From NCBI GenBank assembly GCA_036397015.1, contig DASWJT010000119.1:12248-76247 (forward strand): a stretch of 64,000 bases of DNA, read 5' to 3'. Below, piece after piece: positions 56,050 through 64,000 of the stretch. The number at the start of each line of letters is the position of its first letter. Positions within the stretch are counted from its first letter, which is position 1. The notes beneath the pieces are model-generated. The model had not been told where the DNA came from and did no database searches. It saw only the letters and a list, made by a program, of their open reading frames with translations. Origin of the DNA: Thermoanaerobaculia bacterium (lineage in GTDB: Bacteria > Acidobacteriota > Thermoanaerobaculia > Multivoradales > JAGPDF01). The position numbers were made by a program, and so were the translations under genes.

Positions 56050-57093
56050 ATGCGCCGATCGACATTTTCCCTCGCCCTCGCGCTCCTCGCGCTGCCGCCC
56101 GCTGCCGGCGCCGCCGCCACTCTCGTGGTCGCCAACAAGGCGGAGGCGACGGTCTCGCTCGTCGATCTCGCGCCCGGCACGGTCGTCGCCACGCTGCCGA
56201 CCGGCGACGGGCCGCACGAGGTCGGCGTCTCGTCCGACGGCCGCTTCGCGCTCGTCGCCAACTACGGCACGGGCGCAGCGCCGGGCTCGTCGCTGACGCT
56301 CGTCGACGTCGCCGCCGCGCGCGTCGTGCGCACGATCGATCTCGGCGAGTACCGGCGGCCGCACGGCGTCGCGTGGCTCGACGCGCGTCGGGCGCTCGTT
56401 ACCGCCGAGGCGAACCGGGCGCTCCTCGAAGTGGACGTCGAGACGGGAGCCGTCCTGCGCGCCGTGGCGACCGGTCAGGAGGTCTCGCACATGGTGGTCG
56501 CGACGACCGACGGCGCCCGCGCCTTCGTTGCCAACATCGGCTCGGGCTCGATCACCGCGATCGACCTCGCGCGCGGCGAGAAGCTCGCCGACGTCGCGAC
56601 CGGCGATGGCGCCGAGGGAATCGCCCTCGCCCGCGGCGACCGCGAGCTGTGGGTGACCAACCGCGGCGCCGACACCGTCACCGTCATCGACGCCGCCAGC
56701 CTCGAGCGGCTCGCCGAGATCGCCTCGCCCGGCTTTCCGATCCGCGCCGCCGCCACGCCGCTCGGTACCGTGCTCGTCACCCACGCGCGCGGCGGCCACC
56801 TCGCCGTCTACTCGCTCGCCGAGCGCGCCGAGGCCGGCCGCGCGAGCTTCGACTTGGCCGCGCTCGGGGGCGAGGGGCGCCTCTTCGGCAACCGCTTCGG
56901 CGCGAGCTCCGTGCCGATCGGCGTCGTCGTCTCGGCCGACGGCGCCCTGGCCTACGTCGCCCACGCCAACGCCGACGCCGTCACCGAGGTCGACCTCGCG
57001 ACGCTGCGCGTGACCCGCACCCTGCGCGCCGGCAAGGAGCCCGACGGCATGGGCTGGACGGCGGTCGAGGTCGCAGCCGCCGCACGCCCCTAG
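56050..57093 (+). CDS. YVTN-family beta-propeller repeat protein, secreted
   Basis: Signal peptide MRRSTFSLALALLALPPAAGAAA. Repeated ~40-aa units with VANKAEATVSLVDL, PHEVGVSSDGRFALVANYG, AFVANIGSGSITAIDL, ELWVTNRGADTVTVID and YVAHANADAVTEVDL (YVTN/PQQ-like propeller blades). Confidence 0.75.
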   Translation: MRRSTFSLALALLALPPAAGAAATLVVANKAEATVSLVDLAPGTVVATLPTGDGPHEVGVSSDGRFALVANYGTGAAPGSSLTLVDVAAARVVRTIDLGEYRRPHGVAWLDARRALVTAEANRALLEVDVETGAVLRAVATGQEVSHMVVATTDGARAFVANIGSGSITAIDLARGEKLADVATGDGAEGIALARGDRELWVTNRGADTVTVIDAASLERLAEIASPGFPIRAAATPLGTVLVTHARGGHLAVYSLAERAEAGRASFDLAALGGEGRLFGNRFGASSVPIGVVVSADGALAYVAHANADAVTEVDLATLRVTRTLRAGKEPDGMGWTAVEVAAAARP

Positions 57094-57264
57094 CCGGCGC
57101 CGCACGCCCAGCCTCCGCCCGACCCCCTATGCGGCCGGCCGGCGCCTTGGGTAGAGTTCTGTCGCTTCCCCTGCCGGCGATCCTCGCGGCGCGCCCGAAG
57201 CGACGTCTGGGCGCGGCGACTCCCGCGCAGCGCCCCGGAAGCGCACTCTCGAAGGAGGCCGACC

Positions 57265-59703
57265 ATGGCCGTCTCCCGCCTCTCCCTCTCCGCCGGCTGG
57301 CGGATCGCCCTCACCTGCTTCTTGCTGCTGCTCGCCGCGCTGCCGGCGACGGCGCAGGAATCGGAGCCGGAGCCGGCCGAGTCGGCCGCGCCCGCCGACG
57401 AGGCGGCCGACGAGCCGGGCGACGAGCTCGCCACCTTCGGCGAGACGATCAGCGTCGGCAGCCGCTCGGCCGAGCGCTCGCGCACCGACACGCCGGTGCC
57501 GGTCGATCTGCTGCCGATCGAGGAGCTCGCCGACTCGAGCGGCCAGCTCGACCTCGGCCAGCTGCTGCAGTTCGTGGCGCCGTCGTTCAACTCGAACCGG
57601 CAGTCGGGCTCCGACGGCAGCGACCACGTCGACGCCGCGATCCTGCGCGGACTCGGCCCCGACCAGGTGCTGGTGCTCGTCAACGGCAAGCGCCGCCACA
57701 CCAGCTCGCTCGTCTATCTCTTCGGCTCGCGCGCGCGCGGCAACGTCGGCACCGATCTCAACACCATCCCGGTGGCCGCCATCGAGCGCATCGAGATCCT
57801 TCGCGACGGCGCCGCGGCGCAGTACGGCTCCGACGCCATCGCCGGTGTCATCAACATCGTGCTGCGCGAATCGCGGGGGCTCGACGTCACGCTCGCGGCC
57901 GGCGCTTACACCTATGGCGACGGCGAGACCGGCCAGGTGGCGGTGAACTACGGCATGGAGGTGGGCCGCGGCGGCGTGCTCAACCTGACCGGCGAGTTCC
58001 TGAGCCGCGCCGAGACCGACCGCTCGACGCCGGACGAGCCGCGCACGATCGGCGACGCCGACACCGAGAACACGACGCTGTTCTTCAATCTCGACGTGCC
58101 CGCCGGTGACGGCGCCGCCTTCTACGGCCACGGCGGGTACAACCAGCGCGACGGCCTCGCCGGCGCCTGGTACCGCGGCGGCATCGGCTCGGACGACATC
58201 CCCTCGCGCAACTCGGCGGCAATGTACCCGGACGGCTTCGTCCCCGACATCGGCACCGACATCGAGGATCTCTCGGCGGCCTTCGGCTACCGCCGCCTCG
58301 TCGGCGACTGGTCGCTCGACGTCAGCACCACCTACGGCTCGAACCGCATGGAGTACCTGATCAGCCACACGCTCAACGCCTCGATCGCGACGCTCAACGC
58401 CGGCATCTCGCCGACTTCGTTCGACGCCGGCGGATTCGAGTTCGCGCAGCACACGACCAACCTCGACCTGTCGCGGCTCTTCAGCGACCGGCTGCACGGC
58501 GTCGGCGTCGCCGCCGGGCTCGAGTACCGCCGCGAGACCTACGAGATCTTCGCCGGCGAGCCCGGCTCCTTCGCCGATTTCGACGGTGGCGGCGGCGGCA
58601 ACGCGGGCTCGCAGGGCTTCCCCGGCTTCCAGCCGGTCGACGAGGTCGACGCCGACCGCGACAGTGTCGCTGCCTACGTCGACGTCGAGCTGCAGGCCAG
58701 CGAGCGCTTCCTCGTCACCCTCGCCGCGCGCGGCGAGGACTACAGCGACTTCGGCTCGACCCTCGACGGCAAGGTCTCGATCGGCTACCGCCTGGACGAG
58801 GTCAACCTGCGCGGTTCCGCTTCCACCGGCTTCCGCGCCCCCTCGCTCCACCAGCGCTACTTCAGCTCGACCTTCACCGACTTCATCGCCGGCGAGGCGG
58901 CCGACGTCAAGCTGGCGCCGAACGAGAGCCTGCTGGCACGCCTGGTCGGCATCCCGAAGCTCAAGGAGGAGACGTCCGAGAACGTTTCGCTCGGCTTCAC
59001 CTGGGTGCCGCGCGGCGACGTCGACGTGACCTTCGACGTCTACCAGATCGACATCGACGACCGCATCGTCCTGACCGGCGGCTTCACTACCGACGACCCG
59101 GACATCGGCGACCTGATCGCCGCCGAGAACCTCTCCGAAGCGCGCTTCTTCACCAACGCCATCGACACTCGCACGCAGGGCGTCGACCTCACCGTCAGCC
59201 ACCGGCGCACGGCCTGGGGCGGCAGCCTGAACGGCTTCCTGGCCGCGAACTACAACGAGACCGAGGTGCGCGAAGTCAACACCGCGCCCGGCCTCGCCGG
59301 CAAGGAGGAGGTCTACTTCAGCACCCGCGAGCGCCTCTTCGTCGAGGGCTCGGCGCCGGAGTGGAAGGGCGTGCTCGGCGCCGACTTCCAGCGCGGCAAG
59401 TGGTCGGCCGGCGGCCGCGTCAACTACTTCGGCGAGGTCGTCTCCGGCATCTGGTCGCAGCTCGACGATCCGACGCTCCCCGGCCAGCGCTACTCGCCGC
59501 GCACCACGCTCGACCTCTCCTTCGGCTACGACCTGACCGACGACATCCGCTTCACCGTCGGCGGCACCAACGTCTTCGACGCCGAGCCGAGCGAGCAGGA
59601 CCCGAACGAGACCGAGAACGGGGCCCTGTGGGAGAACGTCCAGATGGGCATCAACGGCGCGTTCTACTTCGCGCGCATGAGCTTCCGGGTGCCGGGAAGC
59701 TGA
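57265..59703 (+). CDS. TonB-dependent outer-membrane receptor
   Basis: Signal peptide, then a plug domain (DTPVPVDLLPIEEL, ILRGLGPDQVLVLVNGKRRH, IERIEILRDGAAAQYGSDAIAGVINIV), then a long beta-barrel region rich in alternating aromatic and Gly residues. GGAGG RBS 8 nt upstream. No riboswitch recognisable in the 170-bp leader. Confidence 0.8.
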   Translation: MAVSRLSLSAGWRIALTCFLLLLAALPATAQESEPEPAESAAPADEAADEPGDELATFGETISVGSRSAERSRTDTPVPVDLLPIEELADSSGQLDLGQLLQFVAPSFNSNRQSGSDGSDHVDAAILRGLGPDQVLVLVNGKRRHTSSLVYLFGSRARGNVGTDLNTIPVAAIERIEILRDGAAAQYGSDAIAGVINIVLRESRGLDVTLAAGAYTYGDGETGQVAVNYGMEVGRGGVLNLTGEFLSRAETDRSTPDEPRTIGDADTENTTLFFNLDVPAGDGAAFYGHGGYNQRDGLAGAWYRGGIGSDDIPSRNSAAMYPDGFVPDIGTDIEDLSAAFGYRRLVGDWSLDVSTTYGSNRMEYLISHTLNASIATLNAGISPTSFDAGGFEFAQHTTNLDLSRLFSDRLHGVGVAAGLEYRRETYEIFAGEPGSFADFDGGGGGNAGSQGFPGFQPVDEVDADRDSVAAYVDVELQASERFLVTLAARGEDYSDFGSTLDGKVSIGYRLDEVNLRGSASTGFRAPSLHQRYFSSTFTDFIAGEAADVKLAPNESLLARLVGIPKLKEETSENVSLGFTWVPRGDVDVTFDVYQIDIDDRIVLTGGFTTDDPDIGDLIAAENLSEARFFTNAIDTRTQGVDLTVSHRRTAWGGSLNGFLAANYNETEVREVNTAPGLAGKEEVYFSTRERLFVEGSAPEWKGVLGADFQRGKWSAGGRVNYFGEVVSGIWSQLDDPTLPGQRYSPRTTLDLSFGYDLTDDIRFTVGGTNVFDAEPSEQDPNETENGALWENVQMGINGAFYFARMSFRVPGS

Positions 59704-59782
59704 CGCACGCTCCGCGCGGTGCGGCCGGCGGCGCTGCGTCCGCCGGCCGCGCGCGCGGCGGGTAGCGGGCTAGAATCGCCGC

Positions 59783-61003
59783 ATGCCTCCGACCGTCTCG
59801 CCGCGCGGCCGCGCCATGCCGGCGTCGCCGATTCGCAAGCTGGCGCCGCTCGCCGACGCCGCCAAGCGGCGTGGCATCCGCGTCTACCACCTCAACATCG
59901 GCCAGCCGGACCTCGAGACGCCCGCAGCGCTGCGCGCCAAGCTCGCCGAGGCGCCGCCGGTGCTCGCCTACACCCCCTCGGGCGGCACCCCCGAGTACCT
60001 CGCGGCGCTCTCGGTCTACTACCGCAACCTCGGATTCGAGCTCGGCCCCGGCGAGCTCGTCGCCACCACCGCCGGCAGCGAGGCGCTGCTCTTCGCCCTT
60101 TTCGCCGCCACCTCCGACGGCGACGACGCGCTCGTCTGCGAGCCGTACTACACGAACTACAACTCCTACGCGACGCTCGCCGGCGTGCGGCTCGTGCCGC
60201 TCACCACCCGCGGCGAGGACGGCTTCCACCTGCCGCCGCGCGCCGCCTGGGAGGCGGCGGTCACGCCGCGCACGAAGCTCGTCTTGCTGTGCAATCCGAA
60301 CAACCCGACGGGGACGGTCTACACGCGCGAGGAGCTCGAGATGGTGGGCGAGTTCTGCCGCGACCACGGCCTCTTCCTCGTCGCCGACGAGGTCTACCGC
60401 GAGCTCGTCTACGACGGCCGCCGAGCGGTGTCGGCGCTCGAGCTCGCCGGCATGGAGGAGCACGTCGTCGTCGTCGACAGCCTGTCGAAGCGTTTCAGCG
60501 CCTGCGGCATCCGCCTCGGCTGCCTGGTGACGCGCAACCCGGAGGTCCACCAGGTCTGCCTGCGCATGGCGCAGGGGCGGCTCTCGCCGCCGGGCCTGGC
60601 GCAGCTCCTCGCCACCGGCATCCCCGAGCTCGGACCCGACTACTACGCCGGGATGGCCGCCGAGTACGAGCGGCGGCGCGACGTCCTCTTCGATCGTCTG
60701 AGCAGGATCCCGGGCGTCCTCCTGCGCAAGCCCGAGGGCGCCTTCTACGTCGTCGCCCGCCTGCCGGTCGACGACGCCGAGGAGCTCGCCCGCTTCCTCC
60801 TCGCCGAGTTCTCGCACGGCGGCGCGACGGTGATGGTCGCCCCGGCGGCCGGCTTCTACGCCACGCCCGGCCTCGGCCGCGACGAGGTGCGCATCGCCTA
60901 CGTGCTCAAGAGCGAGGATCTCCTCGCCGCGATCGACGTCTTCGCCGCCGGTCTCGCCGCGTACCGCGAGGCGCGCGGTCTCGTCGGCACAGCGGCCGGC
61001 TGA
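59783..61003 (+). CDS. pyridoxal-phosphate-dependent aminotransferase, class I/II (aspartate/aromatic aminotransferase-like)
   Basis: Motifs LLCNPNNPTGTVY, LFLVADEVYRELVYDG and SLSKRFSACGIRLG (PLP-lysine region). Alternative start ATG at 59816 (MPASPIRKL). Confidence 0.85.
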   Translation: MPPTVSPRGRAMPASPIRKLAPLADAAKRRGIRVYHLNIGQPDLETPAALRAKLAEAPPVLAYTPSGGTPEYLAALSVYYRNLGFELGPGELVATTAGSEALLFALFAATSDGDDALVCEPYYTNYNSYATLAGVRLVPLTTRGEDGFHLPPRAAWEAAVTPRTKLVLLCNPNNPTGTVYTREELEMVGEFCRDHGLFLVADEVYRELVYDGRRAVSALELAGMEEHVVVVDSLSKRFSACGIRLGCLVTRNPEVHQVCLRMAQGRLSPPGLAQLLATGIPELGPDYYAGMAAEYERRRDVLFDRLSRIPGVLLRKPEGAFYVVARLPVDDAEELARFLLAEFSHGGATVMVAPAAGFYATPGLGRDEVRIAYVLKSEDLLAAIDVFAAGLAAYREARGLVGTAAG

Positions 61004-61018
61004 GCGCCGACGGCGCCC

Positions 61019-62077
61019 GTGTCCGCCGCTCACCGCCTCCTCCTCTACGGCGCCAACGGTTACACCGGCGAGCTCGTCGCCCGCGAGGCCGTGCGGCGCG
61101 GCCTGGCGCCGATTCTCGCCGGACGGCGCGCCGACGCGCTCGCCGCGCTCGCGCGCGAGCTCGGCCTGCCGGCGCGCGACTTCGCGCTCGACGATCCCGC
61201 GGCGCTCGCCGCGGGCCTCGACGGCGCTGCCGTCGTCCTCCACTGCGCCGGGCCGTTCTCGCGCACTTCGCGGCCGATGGTCGACGCCTGCCTCGCCCGC
61301 CGCGTCCACTATCTCGACATCACCGGCGAGATCGACGTCTACGAGTCGATCTACCGCCGCGACGAGGAGGCGCGGCGCTCGGGAGTCGGCTTGGTGCCCG
61401 GCGTCGGCTTCGACGTCGTGCCCTCCGACGCGCTCGCGGCGCGGCTCGCCGCGGCGCTGCCCAGCGCCGTCGAGCTCGACCTCGCCTTCACCACCGACCG
61501 CGGCAGCGCCAGCCGCGGCACCCTGGTAACGATGCTCGAGCGCCTGCCCGCCGCCGGCTGCGTGCGGCGCGGCGGCAAGCTCGTGCCGGTACCGCTGGCC
61601 GACGCCGCCCTGGAGGTCGACTTCCCCGGGCTCGGGCGGCGCAGCGTGGTGACGATCCCGTGGGGCGATCTGGCCTCGGCGTGGCGCACGAGCGGGATCC
61701 CGAACTTGCGCACCTTCGTCGGCGCCTCGCCGCTCTCGATCCGCCGCCTGCGGCGATTGCGGCTGCTCCTGCCGCTCGTCGGCTGGCGCCCGATCAAACG
61801 CCTCCTGCAGGCCATCGTGCGACACCGTGTGACCGGACCCGACGAGGCGACTCGGCGCACGGCGCGCGCCTTCCTCTGGGGTCGCGCCCGGGACGCGGAA
61901 GGCCGCGAGGCGACCGCCTCGCTCTCGGTGCCCGAGGGCTACGCCTTCACCGCCGTGGCCGCCGCCGAGGCGGCGCGGCGGGCGCTCGCCGGCGAGCTCG
62001 CGCCGGGCGCGTGGACACCGACTCGAGCCTTCGGCCCGGCGCTCGTCGATTCGGTCGCCGGCGTGCGCTGGGATTAG
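61019..62077 (+). CDS. saccharopine dehydrogenase NADP-binding domain protein / trans-acting enoyl-reductase-like
   Basis: GTG at 61019. N-terminal Rossmann LLYGANGYTGELVAREAVRRGLAPILAGRR. The remainder is typical of the Sdr-like saccharopine-dehydrogenase family (~350 aa). Confidence 0.8.
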   Translation: MSAAHRLLLYGANGYTGELVAREAVRRGLAPILAGRRADALAALARELGLPARDFALDDPAALAAGLDGAAVVLHCAGPFSRTSRPMVDACLARRVHYLDITGEIDVYESIYRRDEEARRSGVGLVPGVGFDVVPSDALAARLAAALPSAVELDLAFTTDRGSASRGTLVTMLERLPAAGCVRRGGKLVPVPLADAALEVDFPGLGRRSVVTIPWGDLASAWRTSGIPNLRTFVGASPLSIRRLRRLRLLLPLVGWRPIKRLLQAIVRHRVTGPDEATRRTARAFLWGRARDAEGREATASLSVPEGYAFTAVAAAEAARRALAGELAPGAWTPTRAFGPALVDSVAGVRWD

Positions 62078-62084
62078 CCGCCGC

Positions 62085-63809
62085 TCATCTCCCTTCCACC
62101 GTCCGAGCCCGGCGCAGGTGGAGCGCGGCCGCGGCGTGGTGGGCGCGCAGGACAGTGGCCGTCGGCCGAAAGCCGGGCACCGTGCCGCCCGGCGGCTCGG
62201 CGAGAGCGTCCCTGTCCCACGCCACGATCCACAGCCGACTCGGGCTCGGCGCGGCGAGTTGTCGCCAGCGCCGCCGCAGCGCGAACTGGTGGTGCGCATC
62301 GCCGAAGTAGTAGAGCAGCGGCGGATCGCGGTAGCTCGAATCGAGGAGCACGAGATCTTCGGGAGCGAGGTGGTGCGCGAGCTCCCGCGCCAGGCCGGCG
62401 TAGTCGCGCGGCGTCGCTTGGGCGCGCCGGTAGTGGGCCAGCGAGGCGACCGAGACCGCGAGCAGAGCGACCGAGACGACTGCCGGCAGCCACGGACGCC
62501 GGCCGCACGCCCGTGCGCCGACGGCGACGAGCAGCAGGAGGTAGGGCAGGAAGACGACCGTGCCGCGGTCGACCAGAGCCCCGTGGAAGCGCGACACCGC
62601 GACCATGAGCAGAAGTGGAGCGACCGCGAGCACGGCGACCAGACCTCGCGCGTCGTCGGCGGCGTCCGTTCCTGTCGCCGTCAGGCGGCGCGGTGCCGCC
62701 GTGCGGACGAGGAGGACGCCGGTCACCGCGGCGAGGCCGAGCGGCAGCAGGGCGCAGGCGACGACCGCCGGGCGCACCGGGCCAGCCATCGCGGCCCAGC
62801 TCACGAAGCGCCAGACGGCGAACATCGATGCGAGCGCGAGCGCCGCGAGACCGGCGAAGATGACCCGGCCCGGGCGCGCGGCGAGAAACTCCACCTCTCG
62901 TCCGGCTTCCATCGCCGGCTGCGACGGTCGCGCGAGCGCGAGGAGCAGGAGCGCGAGCGTCCCGGCCGCGAGCCAAGTCGCGGGCACCGGCGCCGCCGGT
63001 GCCGCTCCCCAGAACGGCAGCCGAGTCGAGAACGCGTGGCCGAGCGCGAAATAGCCCCAGGGGCTCTGCTGGAACTCATTCACCGTCGCCGTCCGGTGCA
63101 GCAGCTGGGCGACGACCGGCACCGCGGCGATCAGGGCGCAGGCGAGCGCCGGCACGGCGGCGGGCACCGCTCGCCGGCGCAGCCCGCGCCAGGCGATCCA
63201 CAGCGCCTGCGCGGCGATCGCCGGCCAGGCGTAGAGCTGCGTCCACAGCGCCGCCGCCGTGGTCAGGCCATAGCCCCAGGCGAGCGCCGGCCGCGGCGCC
63301 TCGCGCAGGCGCACGAGCAGCAGCGTCGAGGCGAGGACGAGGAAGCTCGTCGGCACGTACATGCGGGCGAGCTGGCTCCAGTAGACATGCAGGCCGCTCA
63401 GCGCCACGAGCCCGCCGGCGAGCAGCGCCGTCCGCCGGTCGCCGGCGCGCAGGGCGAGGCGGTAGACGAGCGCGACCGACGCTGCCCCGAGCAGCGCCGA
63501 GGGAAGCCGCAGCGCCACGAGCCCATGGCCGAAGAGGCCGGTCCAGGCGAGCATGAAGGCGAAGTAGAGCGGCGGATGGCCGTCGGTGCGCATCCCCTCG
63601 ACGACGCCGCCGAGGTCGGTGCGCCGCGCGTTCGGGTGCACCCACTCCGGCATCGGCACGCCGGCGATGTAATTTTCCGGGTGGCCGAAGCTGCGCTCGC
63701 CGAGGCCGTCGAGCCGGACGAACAGGGCGGCGAGCGCGAGGGCGAAGGCGAGCGCGCTGGCGCGACGATCGACCTTCCCCAGGCGACGGCATACGGCGGC
63801 GAGGCTCAC
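62085..63809 (-). CDS. glycosyltransferase family 39 protein (ArnT / PMT_2-like)
   Basis: Motif RTDGHPPLYFAFMLAWTGLFGHG...ALRLPSALLGAASVALVYRLA is the hallmark N-terminal region of GT39. ~12 TM helices. GTG at 63809 (VSLAAVCRRLGKVDRRASALAFALAL) is preferred over the ATG at 63965, which adds a 52-aa Arg-rich shadow-like extension. Confidence 0.7.
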   Translation of the reverse strand: MSLAAVCRRLGKVDRRASALAFALALAALFVRLDGLGERSFGHPENYIAGVPMPEWVHPNARRTDLGGVVEGMRTDGHPPLYFAFMLAWTGLFGHGLVALRLPSALLGAASVALVYRLALRAGDRRTALLAGGLVALSGLHVYWSQLARMYVPTSFLVLASTLLLVRLREAPRPALAWGYGLTTAAALWTQLYAWPAIAAQALWIAWRGLRRRAVPAAVPALACALIAAVPVVAQLLHRTATVNEFQQSPWGYFALGHAFSTRLPFWGAAPAAPVPATWLAAGTLALLLLALARPSQPAMEAGREVEFLAARPGRVIFAGLAALALASMFAVWRFVSWAAMAGPVRPAVVACALLPLGLAAVTGVLLVRTAAPRRLTATGTDAADDARGLVAVLAVAPLLLMVAVSRFHGALVDRGTVVFLPYLLLLVAVGARACGRRPWLPAVVSVALLAVSVASLAHYRRAQATPRDYAGLARELAHHLAPEDLVLLDSSYRDPPLLYYFGDAHHQFALRRRWRQLAAPSPSRLWIVAWDRDALAEPPGGTVPGFRPTATVLRAHHAAAALHLRRARTVEGR

Positions 63810-64000
63810 TCCGCTCTGTTTCCTCCGCCTGTCATCGCTTCGTCCACTCCGCTCCGCAATCCGATCACGCCGGCGCGTGCGAGCTCGGCGATCTCCGCGT
63901 CGTCGAGGCCGAGCCGCTCGGCGAGGACGGCACGGGTGTCGGCGCCGAGCTCGCCGCCCGCCCACTCCTCGCGCGCCGGCGTGCGCGAGAGCTTCGGCCC

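Noticed and set aside
57094-57264. Possible riboswitch in the 170-bp leader of the TonB-dependent receptor
   Set aside because: I looked for cobalamin (B12 box) or TPP aptamer signatures and found none. Only a GGAGG RBS is evident.
54102-62976. 1335-aa plus ORF 54102..58109, 54274..55461(-), 55969..57105(-), 57127..59202(-), 59651..62299(-), 59719..62310, 61351..61860(-) and 62074..62976(-)
   Set aside because: Shadow ORFs. The 1335-aa ORF is antisense to the GT-C-like membrane gene and out of frame through the YVTN and TonB genes. None show domain motifs.

Overview
This is a 64 kb window of very GC-rich (~73-75% GC) bacterial chromosome. Because of the GC content, all six frames carry long open reading frames, and most of them are shadow ORFs. 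I accepted a CDS only where the translation shows a recognisable fold, motif, signal peptide or TM pattern, or tight 4-bp start/stop coupling to a neighbour. I placed starts by reading the DNA myself. They can be off by a codon or two, and my own base indexing disagreed with the ORF track by 1 nt in one region (around 52290).

Gene content, in order:
- 0.4-11.2 kb: four paralogous secreted FG-GAP/VCBS + ASPIC/UnbV (CRTAC1-family) proteins, with a TPR protein and a small secreted protein among them.
- 11.2-15.1 kb: a tightly coupled three-gene cassette. It encodes an asparagine-synthetase-like PP-loop amide synthetase with no glutaminase cysteine, a small radical-SAM enzyme (CPFSCLFC), and an FAD-dependent halogenase-family oxidoreductase.
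- 15.2-26.1 kb, minus strand: proS, a zinc-ribbon TPR protein, hbd-like 3-hydroxyacyl-CoA dehydrogenase, and an ECF sigma / zf-HC2 anti-sigma / beta-helix membrane protein module. These are followed by a HEAT-repeat plus cyclophilin lipoprotein and a GT39-like membrane glycosyltransferase.
- 26.1-30.8 kb: System I cytochrome c maturation operon ccmABCDEF. ccmD is a 36-aa ORF absent from the ORF track. CcmE has the Cys-type CxxxY motif.
- 30.8-37.5 kb: trmFO, xerC, an ATP-grasp protein, a PAS histidine kinase, hslV and hslU.
- 37.5-44.3 kb: an Fn3 lipoprotein, dapF, a hypothetical protein, tyrS, a CBS-domain protein, and thiC preceded by a TPP riboswitch.
- 44.4-50.7 kb: a glycan-modification island. 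It contains a GT39/ArnT-like transferase, a NeuD/PglD-like acetyltransferase, a polytopic membrane protein, a BKACE/Kce-like enzyme, a DegT aminotransferase and an ArnC-like GT2.
- 50.7-64 kb: an MprF-like flippase-domain protein, a GMC oxidoreductase with a Tat-signal small subunit, two more GT39-like paralogs, a YVTN beta-propeller protein, a TonB-dependent receptor, a class I/II aminotransferase and a saccharopine-dehydrogenase-like reductase.

I found no rRNA, tRNA, CRISPR array or transposase.

The most interesting candidates for undescribed biology are:
- the AsnB-like / radical-SAM / flavin-halogenase-like cassette, which lies co-directionally behind the CRTAC1-family array;
- the amino-sugar island that contains a BKACE enzyme.
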